NCBI RefSeq assembly: GCF_037042905.1
Contig: NC_087250.1
Location: 19,780,001 to 19,844,000, forward strand
Reading direction: 5' to 3'
Origin: Lytechinus pictus
Taxonomy: Eukaryota
DNA length: 64,000 bases
Part shown: one piece after another, positions 1-13,659 of the stretch
Numbering within the stretch: the first letter of the stretch is position 1
Layout of the letters: each line of letters begins with the position of its first letter
Program-made: the position numbers and the translations under genes
The notes under the pieces: model-generated
Database searches by the model: none
Told to the model about the DNA's origin: nothing
The model's input: only the letters and a program-made list of their open reading frames with translations

Positions 1-207
1 CTTTACTCTAGACATGGCTTTTTTTTCAAAGTGTTAAATTCGAGTCTGTAGTTGCAGACTATTACTGTGCTGCAGCTTCAACGATCTAATTCTGATATGA
101 ATGTATAATGTATCGCTTATCCTTCAACCGAGCTTGTAACAAACATGAATACATTTTTGGAATCCCGGAAACGCATGAAGATGCAAACACAGCTTCATGG
201 TGAATAT

Positions 208-491
208 CAGGGTCCCGTAACACAAAGGTTAGAGATCAATCATACGCTTAATTTGTATACCTTGGTCACATTTGCTCTACGGCGGCCGTACAGCGAGTCG
301 AAAACAGCCGTTTTAACAATTTTTGTACCAACTACATATTAGGTGGTTTGAATCAAAATTAATAAAACGGCTGTTTTCGACTCGCCGTACGGCCGCCGTA
401 GAGCAAATGTGACCAAGGTATTACGGTTAATGCAATCAATCGTAGAAAAATGTTCCACGATCATTGCTAAGCTTTGTGTTACGGGCCCCTG
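208..491. mobile_element. MITE (TIR cagggtcccgtaacacaaag / ctttgtgttacgggcccctg) carrying a nested MITE
   Basis: Imperfect ~20-bp terminal inverted repeats; related TIRs recur at 6451-7018 and 7051-7789. Confidence 0.65.
258..420. mobile_element. TA-flanked palindromic MITE (Tc1/mariner-type), copy 1
   Basis: ~55-bp near-perfect TIR ccttggtcacatttgctctacggcggccgtac..., TA at both ends; second copy at 35222-35384. Confidence 0.85.
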
Positions 492-557
492 ATCATTCGC
501 TTTTACGACGCATTTTCGAACATAGCTAATGTATTGCCAAATGTCCTTCATGACAAT

Positions 558-827
558 GAGGTCTTTGTCGATAGCTGAAATTAAAAAAAGAAGTTTCGTC
601 CTGTACTAACCGCACAGAAACGTTGTTAGCGCTAACAGTGCACTAACGGCGGTCCTGTTACAACCGGTAATGTGGCAGCGATGTCTAATGTTACAACAAT
701 GCATTGCTTAATATTGAAATAAATGTTCAACAATCCGAAAGATATGACTGGGCTTACTGTTGGCGCTCTGTTAGGCTAACAACGTTTCTGTGCGGTCGGC
801 ACGGGACAAATTTTCGACAAAGACCTC
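558..827. mobile_element. Degenerate MITE
   Basis: Inverted ends gaggtctttgtcga / tcgacaaagacctc and internal inverted pair accgcacagaaacgttgttagc / gctaacaacgtttctgtgcggt. Confidence 0.6.
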
Positions 828-1019
828 CTAGCTGTGCATTGTTGACGGGCATTTAATTGTGTTCTAGAATTCATTCTGCTTGTTTGTGGGGGAAACTAGC
901 TAATGCCGCTGTACGAGGGCGCTATTCAACAAGTCAGGGTACACGAATCAAGTCAATGCAAAGTGTCCCTTTATAAAAGTTTAATCAATCAGAATCGTGA
1001 TCTGTTAACCGCTAGAATA

Positions 1020-1094
1020 TTACAGGTAGAAGTATGGTTTCGGACGTCTCTCTTCCCTTTCTGCTACTTCCCTGACTTCAGGTCCCGGGTTAGA
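1020..1094 (-). CDS. MS4A/CD20-like gene, terminal coding exon (SNPGPEVREVAEREERRPKPYFYL*)
   Basis: Polypyrimidine tract ttttcattttcctttcag acceptor; phase 0 joins the previous exon; 24 codons + TAA. Confidence 0.7.
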   Translation of the reverse strand, partial: SNPGPEVREVAEREERRPKPYFYL

Positions 1095-1954
1095 CTGAAA
1101 GGAAAATGAAAAAAAAAAATCATATTAAGCTAATAATCGTCCCACCATGTGGATTATTCGAATCACATGACTAAGTCATCACTTTTTTTTTCAAATTTAA
1201 GTTAAATTCAAATTTATTTCACCAAAGCAACAACTGACATGGCATTATAAACATTGGTTCCTTGGGAGCGTTTCATGAAAGGACCTGTCGGTCGTTTTAT
1301 CCGACAAGTCCCATTTTATCCGACAGTTACCATAGTAACAGTGCTTCTCAGCCAATCAGAATCAAGAAAAGTTGAAAGATCTGACAACCTGTCGACCGGG
1401 ACGAAAAAGTTGATGAACGCTTTCCAGATTAAACAGAGATACGTACAAGAAACATTAGGGAGCATGATTTAGTAGCGTACCAGTAGAGCGTTGTGGGGGG
1501 GGGGGGGAGGGGGGGCGGTAGTGGCGTACCTGTAGAGCGTTGTGGGGGGTATATCACGACAACTACTTAAAGATCAGGGGGCTATTTGAGGGTTTGAAAC
1601 TGTTGTAAATTTTCCATTATGGCAACTACCATGGTAACCTTGATTTTGATTGGCTGCTGAGTCATGTTTCTATGGTAGTTGCCATAATTGCAAAGTTACA
1701 ACAGAAACGAGCCCCGGATTTAAATGTCAATGACATTAATCATGAGATATCATGATATAGTAGTTGCCAAAACATGAGCTCAGCAAGTTAGCCAGAGTTT
1801 GATGTGACGGTGGGGGGGGGGGGGGTTCTTAGAGGAAGACTTTGTCCCCATTCCCTTTAGAATATGTTTCTTATCTAAGTGGAACACTTTCTAAAATGAA
1901 GTCAATGTAAGGGCGTGGTATGTAGGCATTTTATTTCCATAACGATAAAATGAC

Positions 1955-2300
1955 AAATTGCCAATTCGTCTCCTGCCACCTCGTCCACTCACCACATGGT
2001 CTACTTTCATTTAGTGTAATGCCATTCCGTCCATCAACATTTAGTCTAACAACGATTTGGTCCATTAACCATTTGGACCAATGATCACTTTGTCTAATCA
2101 CCATTTCATTTTCATTCATTTTGCACAATTTAAAACTTAGTCCAATTAGACCAAATGGTATATGGACTAAATGGCTATTTGACCAACTGGTTATTAGACT
2201 AAATAAAAATAGACCATGTGGCGAGTGGAGGAACTGATGATAGACCAAATGATAGTAGACGAGTTGGCAATTGGACGAATTGGCATTAGACGAACTGGAA
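1955..2300. repeat. Interspersed element built from short inverted-arranged subrepeats (intron of the MS4A-like gene)
   Basis: ccaattcgtc/gtccatt motifs on the left are mirrored by tagacca/ggacgaattggc motifs on the right. Confidence 0.55.
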
Positions 2301-2354
2301 ATAAACCGATAAAATTCCATCCCGACCATGAATAATAATTGTCTGTACAGTTAC

Positions 2355-3071
2355 CTGGTAAGGATATTTTCTGTTTCTATTTTCTCTCTCAATCGTATGA
2401 GGTTGGTGTGTGGTGGTCGTTTGCCTCGTCTTTGAACGTTCGTAGCTCGGTTGACGGGCGTGGTCTGGATAATGGGCGTGGTCTGGATGATGGGCGTGGC
2501 TTGGATGATGGGCGTGTTGATTATGGGCGTGGTATGGAAGTGCAACACGGTTATCTTCCGTTATTGGTTCCATGTGGTGATGAAAACTGGGTCTTTCGAT
2601 GGTTTTAACGACCTGTAGGCCTACTCTCGGCAACGGGGGAGAATTGCCATACACGACCTCGCCCATCGCGTCGCCGTGGTGATATTGAGGCGTGGCTTCC
2701 TCCTCGATGATGGGGTACGCTTTCCTCGCACCATCCCTCTCATCCCATCCGTTCCCATGATGCACCTGCGCAGTAATCGCAGGTCTCTCGTAGATGAAAC
2801 GCACACAGTCTATGCACAAGCCAATGAACACCATGAGAATGATAATAACGCATGACGTGATTACTGTAGAATATATCGGTGTCAATGAGAGCTGAAGGTC
2901 AGTTAGATTGTCATTTGTAGCATTCGTTTGTGACGTCACAGTGAGCTCAGTGACGGGGTGATTAGTGATGATACCCGATGCGGACATTGTCCATGACGTC
3001 AGCGCTATGATTAAAAATGATACGATCGCAGCCAAAACGTTGGTAGTAGGGAGTAGCAAAGATATGCCGCC
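2355..3071 (-). CDS. MS4A/CD20-like gene, coding exon 3 (TM3, loop, TM4, long His/Pro-rich cytoplasmic tail)
   Basis: Acceptor ttttttttggacag|GGC, donor CAG|gtaact, 717 nt phase 0-0; hydrophobic segments NVLAAIVSFLIIALTSW and TVITSCVIIILMVFIGLCI. Confidence 0.8.
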
Positions 3072-4082
3072 CTGTCCAAAAAAAAAATGTATGAAAAATA
3101 AAAAATGCAATTCGATAATATCATTAATATAATAATATCGATATTAGATTACAGCTGCTAATGATAATGAAAATATAAACTTATTCTCCTCATATCTCGC
3201 ACAGGGAGGATTCTAGCCCTGGCTAGCATTGGAAAAATTTGCAGACTTGTTTTAAAACAGTTAATGAAAATGCTTGTTTCAGAATTAGTTAATAAGGCAT
3301 TCTATACTAGAAATCAAATCATAAATTTCAGTAAAAAGTCAAGAGCTTTTGCCCTGTCAGTTTTCTCTTTTTTGTCGGAACTTATGCCACGGGCACGAGA
3401 GGGCGCATTATCAGCGACTAATGCCCGGGATAATGCCTTCTTTGAAAGGGCATGAATACTGTGGCCAATAACGACAATGTCCCGCATTCTGAAGTATTCA
3501 ATTCAATTTAGTCCATCAGATTGTTAGACAACCAATTCGCTCACCCCTGCTGTCTGGGAATAATAACTGAAATGAGTTTTCTCCCCATGATGTTATTACG
3601 AGGGAAGAGCAAAGTATAAATAAACGCACAGTGAAAGCAAAATTATGAGATTTTTAGCTTTCCATAATTATTTTATCACAGGGTTAGAACCTGGCCTGAG
3701 TTAAACCGGACCAATGACTTTAATACGCAATAAAAAAAACACGGGGATTTCAATAAGTCCCACAGTACTGGATCCAATCAATCGTTAATCTATGGAAATC
3801 CATCAATGTCATATTTCTTTCTACAGGAAATTTGAACAATGTCCTCTGTAAAACAAAAAGAAGCACAGTGAATTTTCAAGAAAACAATGAATGTATGAAT
3901 ATACATCATAGTTAGAAAATATTTTGAACAAACTTGCATAATAGATGTTGACTTTGCTGGCCATCCATAGTTGTGATTGATCGGACCAATCGCAGCTTTT
4001 TGTAGGACGGGGTCAAGGTAGAGGATAACGTAAGATGACAAACTTATATTAAAAACCTAACTATTCAATGAATGTATTTTAC

Positions 4083-4139
4083 CTTTTCTTTGTTTCTATC
4101 CAATCCTTTTACAGCATTCACTGCTCCTAATATGATATA
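4083..4139 (-). CDS. MS4A/CD20-like gene, coding exon 2 (YIILGAVNAVKGLDRNKEK)
   Basis: tttttttttcag acceptor, AAG|gtaaaa donor, 57 nt phase 0-0; completes TM2 after GTPMWGGLA. Confidence 0.75.
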
Positions 4140-5088
4140 CTGAAAAAAAAAATGGCAATAAACCCAGGAATGAATTAGAATACAATCAATGATTTTGTAA
4201 ATAATGGGATAACAACCTAATAAGGGGCGGGGTATTGACAAAAGAAGGATTATCATTATGAAATAAACATCACACTGAGCGATTATTACGAAAAATTGAA
4301 GTACCGAAGCAAATTTCTGACAAAATGTAATACATTGAGTCATTGACAGAAGTATTGTGCAAAGAAGTGTATGGAGATTGAACAGCTTTATATGAAGAAA
4401 ACTCTGATCTCCTTTGTACATTTATTCTGTCATTCATAAGTCTCTAAAAAACCCTGCGCAGAATATAAGATCCAACTGCTATCTGATTCTTGAACAAATG
4501 TCATTGAGAGTTCAAACAAGTAAAAAATACATTGTGATGAAAGTATTAGAAGTTCACAATACTTTGTAAATTAAATCTAAGATTGTGATTTATTGCAAGA
4601 TGTGTGGTCGGAAGCGGGGCAATTCAAACTCAGCTTCAATCTGTGCCCGATGGCAAGATTGCTATGACGTTTCTATACGATATGCAATAATAATAATAAT
4701 TATAAATAATAAAATCGATGTAAGTCCATTGGGGAGACTGGGGAGACTTTGATTGTCAAGATTTGATAGGTTAGCCATGTTACTCTATTTCCTCCCGCTT
4801 GATATTTCTTTCAATCAATGTGAATATTACAGCACATGATTTAAAGTTCAGTGTTGACCTATTGGTGTTGGTGTTAGGTCATTTTTACACGAGTAGAACA
4901 CCAAACATAAACTACAGATGGTCCTGAAAGTTTTGGAGCCAATAATGTGATCTGGATCAGTTTTACAAACTCAGAATAGATTGAGCAAGGGGAGGCAATC
5001 CATATTTCAACACCAATACCAACACCGGACTAGAAATCACCCATTGATGTTGAACACGTTGAATGTTACAAATTGTAGGGGAACTTAC

Positions 5089-5244
5089 CGCTAGCCCTCC
5101 CCACATCGGTGTTCCCATGGCGCCATGATGGTAAGAACCCGGATGTATAAAGGATGCTATGGCGCCAATCACGTTGAGTATGATGCCATAAGAGATGAGG
5201 ATCACACCCAGTATTGTGACGTAAGTATGACGTAATCCTGCCAT
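5089..5244 (-). CDS. MS4A/CD20-like gene, coding exon 1 (TM1 and GxPxWGG motif)
   Basis: tacag|G-ATG start, 52 codons, GCG|gtaagt donor; GTPMWGG resembles the conserved G-x-P-x-W-G-G motif at the start of MS4A TM2. Confidence 0.8.
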
Positions 5245-5310
5245 CCTGTATGTGATTAAAGCGAAAGAAACCGGTGTTTACGAGTTTTTATTTAAGATAC
5301 AGCAATCTCC

Positions 5311-5531
5311 TATACTGCAAAACTGCGGTGTTAATTTAACACCAGTCCGGAATCTATAAGACCACACCTGTCCAGAGAAGTGTTAAAACAACACTGGATT
5401 GGTTTTGGACTAATTCCAGATAGGCGTTTATACAACACCAATAAATCACCATGTTGTTTCAACACTCCTCTGGTGTGATTATAAATAATTTCCGGACTGG
5501 TGTTGAATTAACACCGCAGTTTTGCAGTGTA
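5311..5531. mobile_element. MITE with ~40-bp TIRs
   Basis: actgcaaaactgcggtgttaatttaacaccagtccggaa / ttccggactggtgttgaattaacaccgcagttttgcagt. Confidence 0.75.
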
Positions 5532-6450
5532 AACAACAATGGCATATATCATTATTACAATAATTATCCTAGTAATTGAGTATTCATAATAAGCAAAAGA
5601 AAGAAATTTCCACACCAATTCAAGAGCCAGTAACATAAAACAAACTGTTATATTGAAGTTTTAAATTGATATATTCCACAAAATAATAAGATTTGAAGCC
5701 TCTGAAACTTTGAATGGTACAGAGCCATGTTAATTTACAGTATTGCGTCATTCAATCGCATGGTACACGCACGATCAAATTCAGCTCAAGATTGCTCAAA
5801 CAAAACTGATTTCATTTTTATATTTTGGAATGTTAATCATGGAGTCGTTTGAATTTCCATATAATTGTGACTAGAGCTTACATAAGAAGTTCTCTCTTTC
5901 TTCCCTATAAGTCATTTTTTGTCACTTTTTACTAGGTTACCTTTTTTTTTAATTCTACGCGATATAATATGTCAAGTCTAGCCCCCTAAAAATGTTTGGC
6001 TTATCACACCAGTGCTATCAATAATGAATCTATCAAGCTTCACAATGTAGACTATTAATTACATAAAATTATACCAAATTAAAAGTAGGTCAATATACAT
6101 AGACCAAGGGGATTAATAAATGATTGTATTAGAAAGTTATTGCTTCCATGACGCACGACGCTTTCAAGAACACAGATAATCTATTGAAGTGGCTGTGAAA
6201 TGACAAAGGACAGCTGGGAGCTATAGGCCCTTGTCGAAAACTGATATAGGACCTGTCGGACAGCAGTTTCGTCCTAAGTTCCAGAGTTGATGAAAATTCC
6301 AAATATGGCGTTTTTGCAGAGTCCAGGGCGAAACTGCTATTTGGATGCACCAATTTTCGACAAAGACTTCTTGGTTGATCATTGTCAAGAAGGGCGTTTG
6401 GAAATGCATTTTTACATGTTCTTGAATACGAAAACTCCCTATCAGCGGAT

Positions 6451-7018
6451 CAGGGCCCCGTCTTACAAAGAGTTGCGATTGATCTGATCAATCGCAACTA
6501 TGGACGGCCAGCAACATCAACATCTAATATGCATGTTTGTTCAAAATATTTTTCAGCTACTAGTATGATGTATATTCATTCATTCATTGTTTTCTTGAAA
6601 ATTAACTGTGCTTCTTTTTGTTTAGAAAGGACATTGTGCGAATTTCCTGCAGAAAAAAAATATGACACTGATGGATTTCCATAGAGTTACGATCACTAGC
6701 GTACCTACGGGGGGGGGGGCAGTCTGCCCCCCCCCTGACGAACCACAACCCATGCAAAGGACGTATCCCTGCCCCCCCCCCCCCCCCTGACGAGCTTGAA
6801 GACCTTTTTATTTTTTTTTAATTTTTTTTTTTGCTTGTCAAATTTTTTTCTGGTACGAAATCCTTCATTTGTGATTGAAGACCTTTTTTTTTTTTTTTTT
6901 TTTTGCTTGTCAAATTTTTTGGCGGACGGTTTTGCCCCCCCCCTGTGAAAAATCCCAGGTACGCCACTGGTTACGATTGATTTGATCGATCATAACTCTT
7001 TGTAAGACGGGGGCCCAG
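6451..7018. mobile_element. MITE (gggccccgtcttacaaagagtt TIR family) with a nested hAT-type MITE
   Basis: TIRs at both ends; related copies at ~3770-4015 and 7051-7789. Confidence 0.75.
6694..6969. mobile_element. hAT-type MITE (cactagcgtacct...aggtacgccactg)
   Basis: Exact 8-bp TSD gttacgat at 6686-6693 and 6970-6977. Confidence 0.85.
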
Positions 7019-7289
7019 AATTATGCTATATGCTATTAGACGAAGTAGATCAGGGTCCCGTTGCAGAAAGAGCAGCAATCAAACGCAACTCTAACAAAAT
7101 CGCACGCAACTTGATTTTCAACCAATCAAAAGCGCGTATTTTGGACTTGCGCTTGATATTTTGACTTACAAAAAGTTACGATTGATCCGATCAACCTCAA
7201 GTATATGGAAATCTATCAATGTCCATTTTTTTTTCTTCAGGAAATTTGCTAAATGTCCTTTGAAAACAGAGAGAAGCATACTGAATTGT

Positions 7290-7645
7290 GGAAGCGTCGT
7301 GGTGTATAGCGGTTCTGACTCTCGCCTTGTAATCAGAGGGTCGTGTGTTCGAATCCCACCATGGCCTAGCGTCCTTTGGCAAGGCGTTAATCCACACTCT
7401 GCCACTCTCCACCCAGGTGTTAAATGGGTACCCGGTAGGATGTGAAAGCCTATATGTATTATGCCTAGCAATTGAGTCTTGGAACTCTTGTTGGAATGCT
7501 CCCCAGGGAGTAGAGAAGGTGCATACATTGTATGCGGGCATGCAAGGATCCGATGACCGGGGTAATAATATGTCTGTAAAGCGCTTAGAGACGTCGTTCC
7601 GATGTATTAAGCGCTATATAGATGCGGAATATTATTATTATTATT
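7290..7645 (+). mobile_element. tRNA-derived SINE inserted in a MITE
   Basis: A-box/B-box head (gtggtgtatagcgg...gttcgaatccc), central ccacccaggtgttaaatgggtacc core, LINE-like tail gtaaagcgcttagag...(ATT)n, attgt TSD. Confidence 0.85.
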
Positions 7646-9854
7646 ATTGTCAAGAAAACCGACAGTGTAAGTATGAATATACATATCTAGAAAATATTTT
7701 TGAACAAACATGTATTTTAGATGTGTTGCTGGCTTTCCATAGTTGTGGTTGATTGGATCAATTGTAACTCTTTGTAAGACGGGGCCCAGATACAATCCTC
7801 TTCCATTATCCATACCATATACACTTTCACTTAAATCCGAAAAACGGAGTGCACTGAACTATCATCACTAGTTACGTAACATCCCTTACTATTCCCAGAT
7901 TAAATCGGTATTTTGCAAGTAAATGGAGATCTGCCCCCTTTCAACCATGCATTGAGGCTTATACCAGATTTCTTAAGGAAATAGTCAAACTCTTGTAAAT
8001 TTCTACAATAGCGTATACAAAATTGTCGTTTTGGTATAGAGCGTCTATTGTGTCAAATGAAAAGTTTGAAAGTTTCAGTTGCCTTAGGTAGATTTCAAAA
8101 TAGAGCATATAGTGTAAACCGCATGCCAATAGTATAGCACATGGAGCTGAAATAAATATGGACAGTAAAATTGAATGTATTAATTCAAATCACGTTATTT
8201 GGTAAAACTGATAAAAATGAATAATTCATTTTAATTGCATGAAATATATGTATCTAAGGATACTGCCTATACCATCACATTAGATTACAGTTTTTCACAC
8301 TTTTTTTTTGTTACAGCAGACGTCACTTAGTTGAAAGGCTAGTCAAAAGGATCTATAGGCAAATTCTTTTTGATAAGTTGATCTATGAATATAAAAAAGT
8401 GAATTTGAATTAAAATACTGATAACAATTTAGTTCTATATAAATGTTAACAAACAACTGCCCATTTTTCTTCTTGCCCGTTTTGGGTATAAATTTACTGA
8501 CTTTTCAGATGATCAAATCACTTTTTTTTTCTCGTAAATTTAGTTAATTACTATATTGTATTAATCATGCTAAATGTTTGTTAGCTGCATGGGCATTTAT
8601 TAAGTTTATGTTTCTGCCATTTCTTATCGATGGGTATACATCAATCGATAATATATTCTATCCTCACGCATATAGCATGTATAGGGACCTGCAGGTGTTA
8701 TGCGTCTATTAGATACTGTATTATCATCTTAGTTATTATTATTAATTTCTGCCAATGAGTGAAACGGTATCCAAATAAAAATTAATGAAAGTCTCTCATA
8801 TTACTCTTTCCTATTAATTGAGACGGAAATACGAGCAGCATCATGACCGTACGCAGCGGGGTGGGGGCAGTTGCCCCCCCCCCCAGAAATTTTGAAAACT
8901 GACATGTTTTTACTGAAAATTTTCACAAAAAAATTCACCAAAAGTATGCAGAAAATCCTCTAATTTCATTTTGACGAATTGCAAAAAACGCCCTTATGAT
9001 ATTCTCGGTCACTTCGCTCCCTCACTTTTGGGTTTATAGTTGTGAAAAAGTTTCCACGTGCTGCCACCCCCTCCCCTGCGAAAAATTTCTGCGTACGGCC
9101 AGGAACATCATGAACATTTGGAAAATGAATGTTTCTGACCCTGGAAATTGAAATCGTTATCAAATACACCCGATTGTCAAAACACATTTCCAATTTTTTT
9201 TGCTGCTTTCTGAGTATACGTCAATCAAAATGTTATTTAAAAAAATATCAAATGAATGTACTGAAAATGATTTCCCAAAACCATTATTGGTAAAATCATT
9301 TCTAGAATGCCAAACAAACAAAAATCTTTATAATATAACTATTTTCTTTTAGGTTTTGGTTAAGTATTATTATACATGTAATACAAAAAAATAAATAATA
9401 GTAACATTATTTCAACGGTCGTTTCTGGCATCGTCTATTATCGTATTTGTACTCTTTGAAGGGGATAACAATTCCATGGCCTTATTCACATGCAAGCATT
9501 TTTGTGAAAGTTAGTTTGGGAACATATCCGTATTTTAATATTTCCCGTTAAACTCTGTTTATTCAAAGCTGTTAACTAAATGAACCCTACAGTAGTTGTT
9601 TGAACTGTCTTAAAAACTGTTTAAAATCTTAACAAAACAAAATATAACTTCAATCTTTAATTCTCAATAATTTAGTCATAGTTGTTTAAACTGTTTAACT
9701 ATACAGTAAGGTTAGTATAATATAAACAGCTCTGCATAATATTTTTAAACAGCTTTTCTACAGTACAGGAGTACTGGATTCATATTAAACATGAATATAA
9801 TAATATGGGCAATCAGACTTGCAATTAAAATCTATGAATGAGTTCAAGACTTAC

Positions 9855-9960
9855 CCAATATGTGTCCAATCTGGATTATGCTGGAATAGAAGTAGGAGTG
9901 GTAGACCGACACGACAGTAATACCTCACCCCTTGTCTGAATACGTGAAATTAGTGCGCTA
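9855..9960 (-). other. Putative non-coding first exon of the MS4A-like gene (5' end uncertain)
   Basis: Strong donor TGG|gtaagt at 9854 in locally GC-richer sequence; the coding ATG sits right after an acceptor, so an upstream UTR exon is required. Confidence 0.4.
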
Positions 9961-11342
9961 ATATGGAGGGGTTTTCACGGACGAGTGGTTACAGTAATGG
10001 TTACCTTTCACCATCTAAGCCCTTTAATATATTTTTTACATTATATAGGCTTCCATGTCTGAGATATTTTCGTTGATTACTATAAAACGCCCGCTAGCTC
10101 CAATCATTTGGAATAACCTTCTTTTATATATAAAAGATAGCCCTTCCCTTTCCGTTTTCAAAAGGAGACTAAAATCATATGTAATTGACAACTACACTAC
10201 TTAATTCATTTTCTTTATTACAGGCTTTATCGTTAGTTTTTTTATGTTACGTATTTAGGTTTTGTATATTGTAATTAATTTTTTTTGGGGGGTATAATTT
10301 GTATTTTGTTCTATTGGTGGCAGCACCAATAAGGCTTCTCTGCCTTCTAAGGTGTCTCCTCGTTTCATAAATTATTTCTATTTCATGTATATTCCAATAT
10401 GTTTTGGAAATGTTATTTATAATATATGAACGAAATAAATGCATATGAATGAATGAATAGGCCCATGCCCCTACTGATGTAAAAAAAGAGAGGGGGAGTT
10501 GAAACTACTCACAGAAAAGTTAATCCACGACTGAGAAAAAAGGGAAAAATATGAAAGGGCAATTAGCAAAATAAACATTTTTCAAAATATGATATCAAAA
10601 TCTGTCACAATAAAAACTTACTTTTTTGCTTGCTCCATTCACTCGATCCCTCTCGCAATCCTTCTATATCTCCCTTCTATATACCCATACTTCCCTTTTA
10701 CTTTAGAATGTAATATCATCTGATTTATTGTTTAATTGTGTTCCTTATATCTATATTATATATTACGTCTGGTAATATTTTGATGTTGCTATGTATGTTA
10801 ATCATAATATTGTGAAACTGAAATAGATAAATCAAAACAAATCAAATTAAAACGCGACAAGGTTGACTTTTTAAGGAAAATCTCCTCTCTTCTTCCTTCA
10901 TTTTTTTTTCAATCAGATGATAGAAAATAACACACGCCTTTCTGTCTTATGCTTCATTAATTTTGTAGCAGTTGTGATGGGTATTATCAGTTTCTGCTTC
11001 AGTTATTTTACACACACCCACCGATCTGTATTACTAATACTGAAACATGAGTGCACATTCCTCTCCCCCTTTTTTCTAGTTCCCTTTTCATTGTTACCTC
11101 CTGGATCTCATTGAATGTGGGACTACTATTATTATCCAATAGTATTATTAATTAATATTTACCAGATTTATTTTGTTAAAGATAAAACAATAATTCTTTG
11201 ATGTGTTATTTTTAAAATAAAATGATAAACAAATCTGAGTTTCAAGTATCAACATATGTGACGACTTCAAAAGGTTCAACATTCATATCAGAGCTGTACT
11301 ATGCAAGGTCCGTTAGCTCAGTCGGTAGAGCAGAGTGCTAAT

Positions 11343-13659
11343 CAGTGGCGTAGCTACGGGGGGGGGGGGGGGGGCACGTGCCCCCCCCCCTCCCCTGAGA
11401 TTTGGTGTGCCCCCCAGGTGCCCCCTGAAAAAAATTGGCAGAGCAAAAAAAAAAAGAAGAAGAAAAAAAAAGGAAAAGAAGAAAGACAGAAGAAAAAAAA
11501 GAAAAGGAAAATAAGAGGAGGAAGACGAGTGAATGAAATAATGTGAAGGGAAGACTTGCAAAAACAAGTGGAATGCCTCTGGCCGTCTCACCTGCATCAC
11601 GCGATTCAATATAGCAGCAGTGCTGATTTTGAAAACTACTATAACTCGCACAAGATGTTCAGTGATACTTGGTTACTCTTATTTCCACGTTTTATGAACT
11701 AGACCAATACACTTATAGAGATATGATGGCAATTCAACAAATACCCCCAACGTGGCCAAAGTTCTTTGACCTTTGACCTTGATCATGTGACCTGAAACTC
11801 GCACAGGATGTTCAGTGATACTTGATTACTATTATGTCCAAGTTTTATGAACTAGACCAACACACTTTCAAATTTATGGCTGTAATTCAACAAATACCCC
11901 AATTTGGCCAAAGTTCATTGACCTTAAATGACCTTTGACCTTGATCATGTGACCTGAAACTTGCACAGGATGTTCAGTAATACTTGATTACTATTATGTC
12001 CAAGTTTCATGAATCAGATCCATAAACTTTCAAAGTTATGATGGTAATTCAACAGATACCCCCAATTCGGCCAAAGTTCATTGACCCTAAATGACCTTTG
12101 ACCTTGGTCATGTGACGTGAAACTCATGCAGGATGTTCAGTGATACTTGATTAATCTTATGTATAAGTTTCATGAACTAGGTCCATATATTTTCTAAGTT
12201 ACGATGACATTTCAAAAACTTAACCTTAGGTTAAGATTTTGATGTTGATTCCCCCAACATGGTCTAAGTTCATTGACCCTAAATGACCTTTGACCTTGGT
12301 CATGTGACATGAAACTCAGGCAGGATGTTCAGTAATACTTGATTAACCTTATGGCCAAGTTTCATGAACTAGGTCCATATACTTTCTAAGTTATGCTGTC
12401 ATTTCAAAAACTTAACCTCAGGTTAAGATTTGGTGTTGACGCCGCCGCCGCCGTCGGAAAAGCGGCGCCTATAGTCTCACTCTGCTATGCAGGTGAGACA
12501 AAAACCACAAATCTTTCATGTTACTATATAAAACTTTTGCTTGCGCTTCGCGCCAGAATTGCCTGTTCGATGAAATTCATATCTTGCTCAATAGGCTGAT
12601 ATGGAGCAAGTTTTGAAGTCAATATACAAAATATATTTTAGCTCGGACATCGAGCTAGCTCTCATCATTTTTTTTTCATTAACAAATTTAGGTGTTCTAG
12701 CTGTAAAATATCCCTTTTATAGTCTACATATCAGCATTTTTAAGCTCACGCTGCGTGGTGAAATTGTTTGATTTGCCAAGTTCCTATTGTCTACGTGTAT
12801 TTCATAATGTTCCATTAAACAAATGTATTCAGACTGCCCAGATTCTAGGTCTAAATCTAAAACATGCGCGATAGCCTGCATGTTCTTTATATTAAATGTA
12901 CTTAAATTATCCAGTTTCGCATCAGAATATCAATAATTGTCTGCTCACGCTTCACGAATGCATTATTAATGATACCCAATTAACTATATCCTATTTATGA
13001 TTTACAAAATATGAATAGAGTGTCCCGCTTTTAGGTCTAAAATCTCAATTTTCTTCCTCTCGCACTTCGCGCTCACATCAATTGTTTAGTTACATACCTA
13101 TCCCATTTATTAATACAAAAAGTGCTTAGAATGACCATTTTTTAGGTCGGAATTAAAAAAAAAATTTGCTCTCGCTTCGCGCCTTCATTATTGAAATATA
13201 TACCGTCTTCGTGGGTAACTGTAAGCAGTCCTTAACAGGTCCCTTTTCGATAATGCTAGAACAGTTAATAAAAATTTCTGCTCGCGCTTGGCCTTCGCAG
13301 TAACCATCTAGTTACATACGAATCTTGTTTAGGATCACACATAACATTGCACAGAATATTACATTTTCAGGACAAAATACATGAAAGTAAAAAAAAAAAA
13401 TCGCTCGTGCTTCGCGCTCGCACTTTTTATAAGGCTTATGAGATTATTTCATGTTTATGTTGTTCTATAAGAATAAAACTAAGAAGTGACTGATCGGGGA
13501 AAATATAGGTGAAGATAATTTCGGGCCCCGTCCCCTATTGGCGAAAGTCGGATCCGCCCTTGTGACACATACACACACAACAGAAAAAATGGTGCCCCCC
13601 CCTGAAAAAGCAAGGACCCCCCAGTGCCCCCCAGGAAAAAAATCCTAGCTACGCCACTG
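11343..13659. mobile_element. hAT-type non-autonomous element (cagtggcgtagcta...tagctacgccactg)
   Basis: Perfect 14-bp TIR; 8-bp TSD gtgctaat at 11335-11342 and 13660-13667. Confidence 0.9.
11564..12500 (-). mobile_element. Helentron-associated (DINE/HINE-like) element with internal ~180-bp tandem repeats
   Basis: 13-bp subterminal IR gtctcacctgcat / atgcaggtgagac, adjacent short inverted repeat, ~4 tgacctttgaccttg...caggatgttcagt units, A-run flanks without a TSD. Confidence 0.65.

Noticed and set aside
2286..2354. C-terminus of the 274-aa ORF as the true protein end
   Set aside because: A CAG|gtaact donor at 2354 and an in-phase downstream exon fit better; the ORF tail runs into a repeat
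7290..7365. Functional tRNA gene
   Set aside because: It is the head of a SINE, with core, tail and TSD
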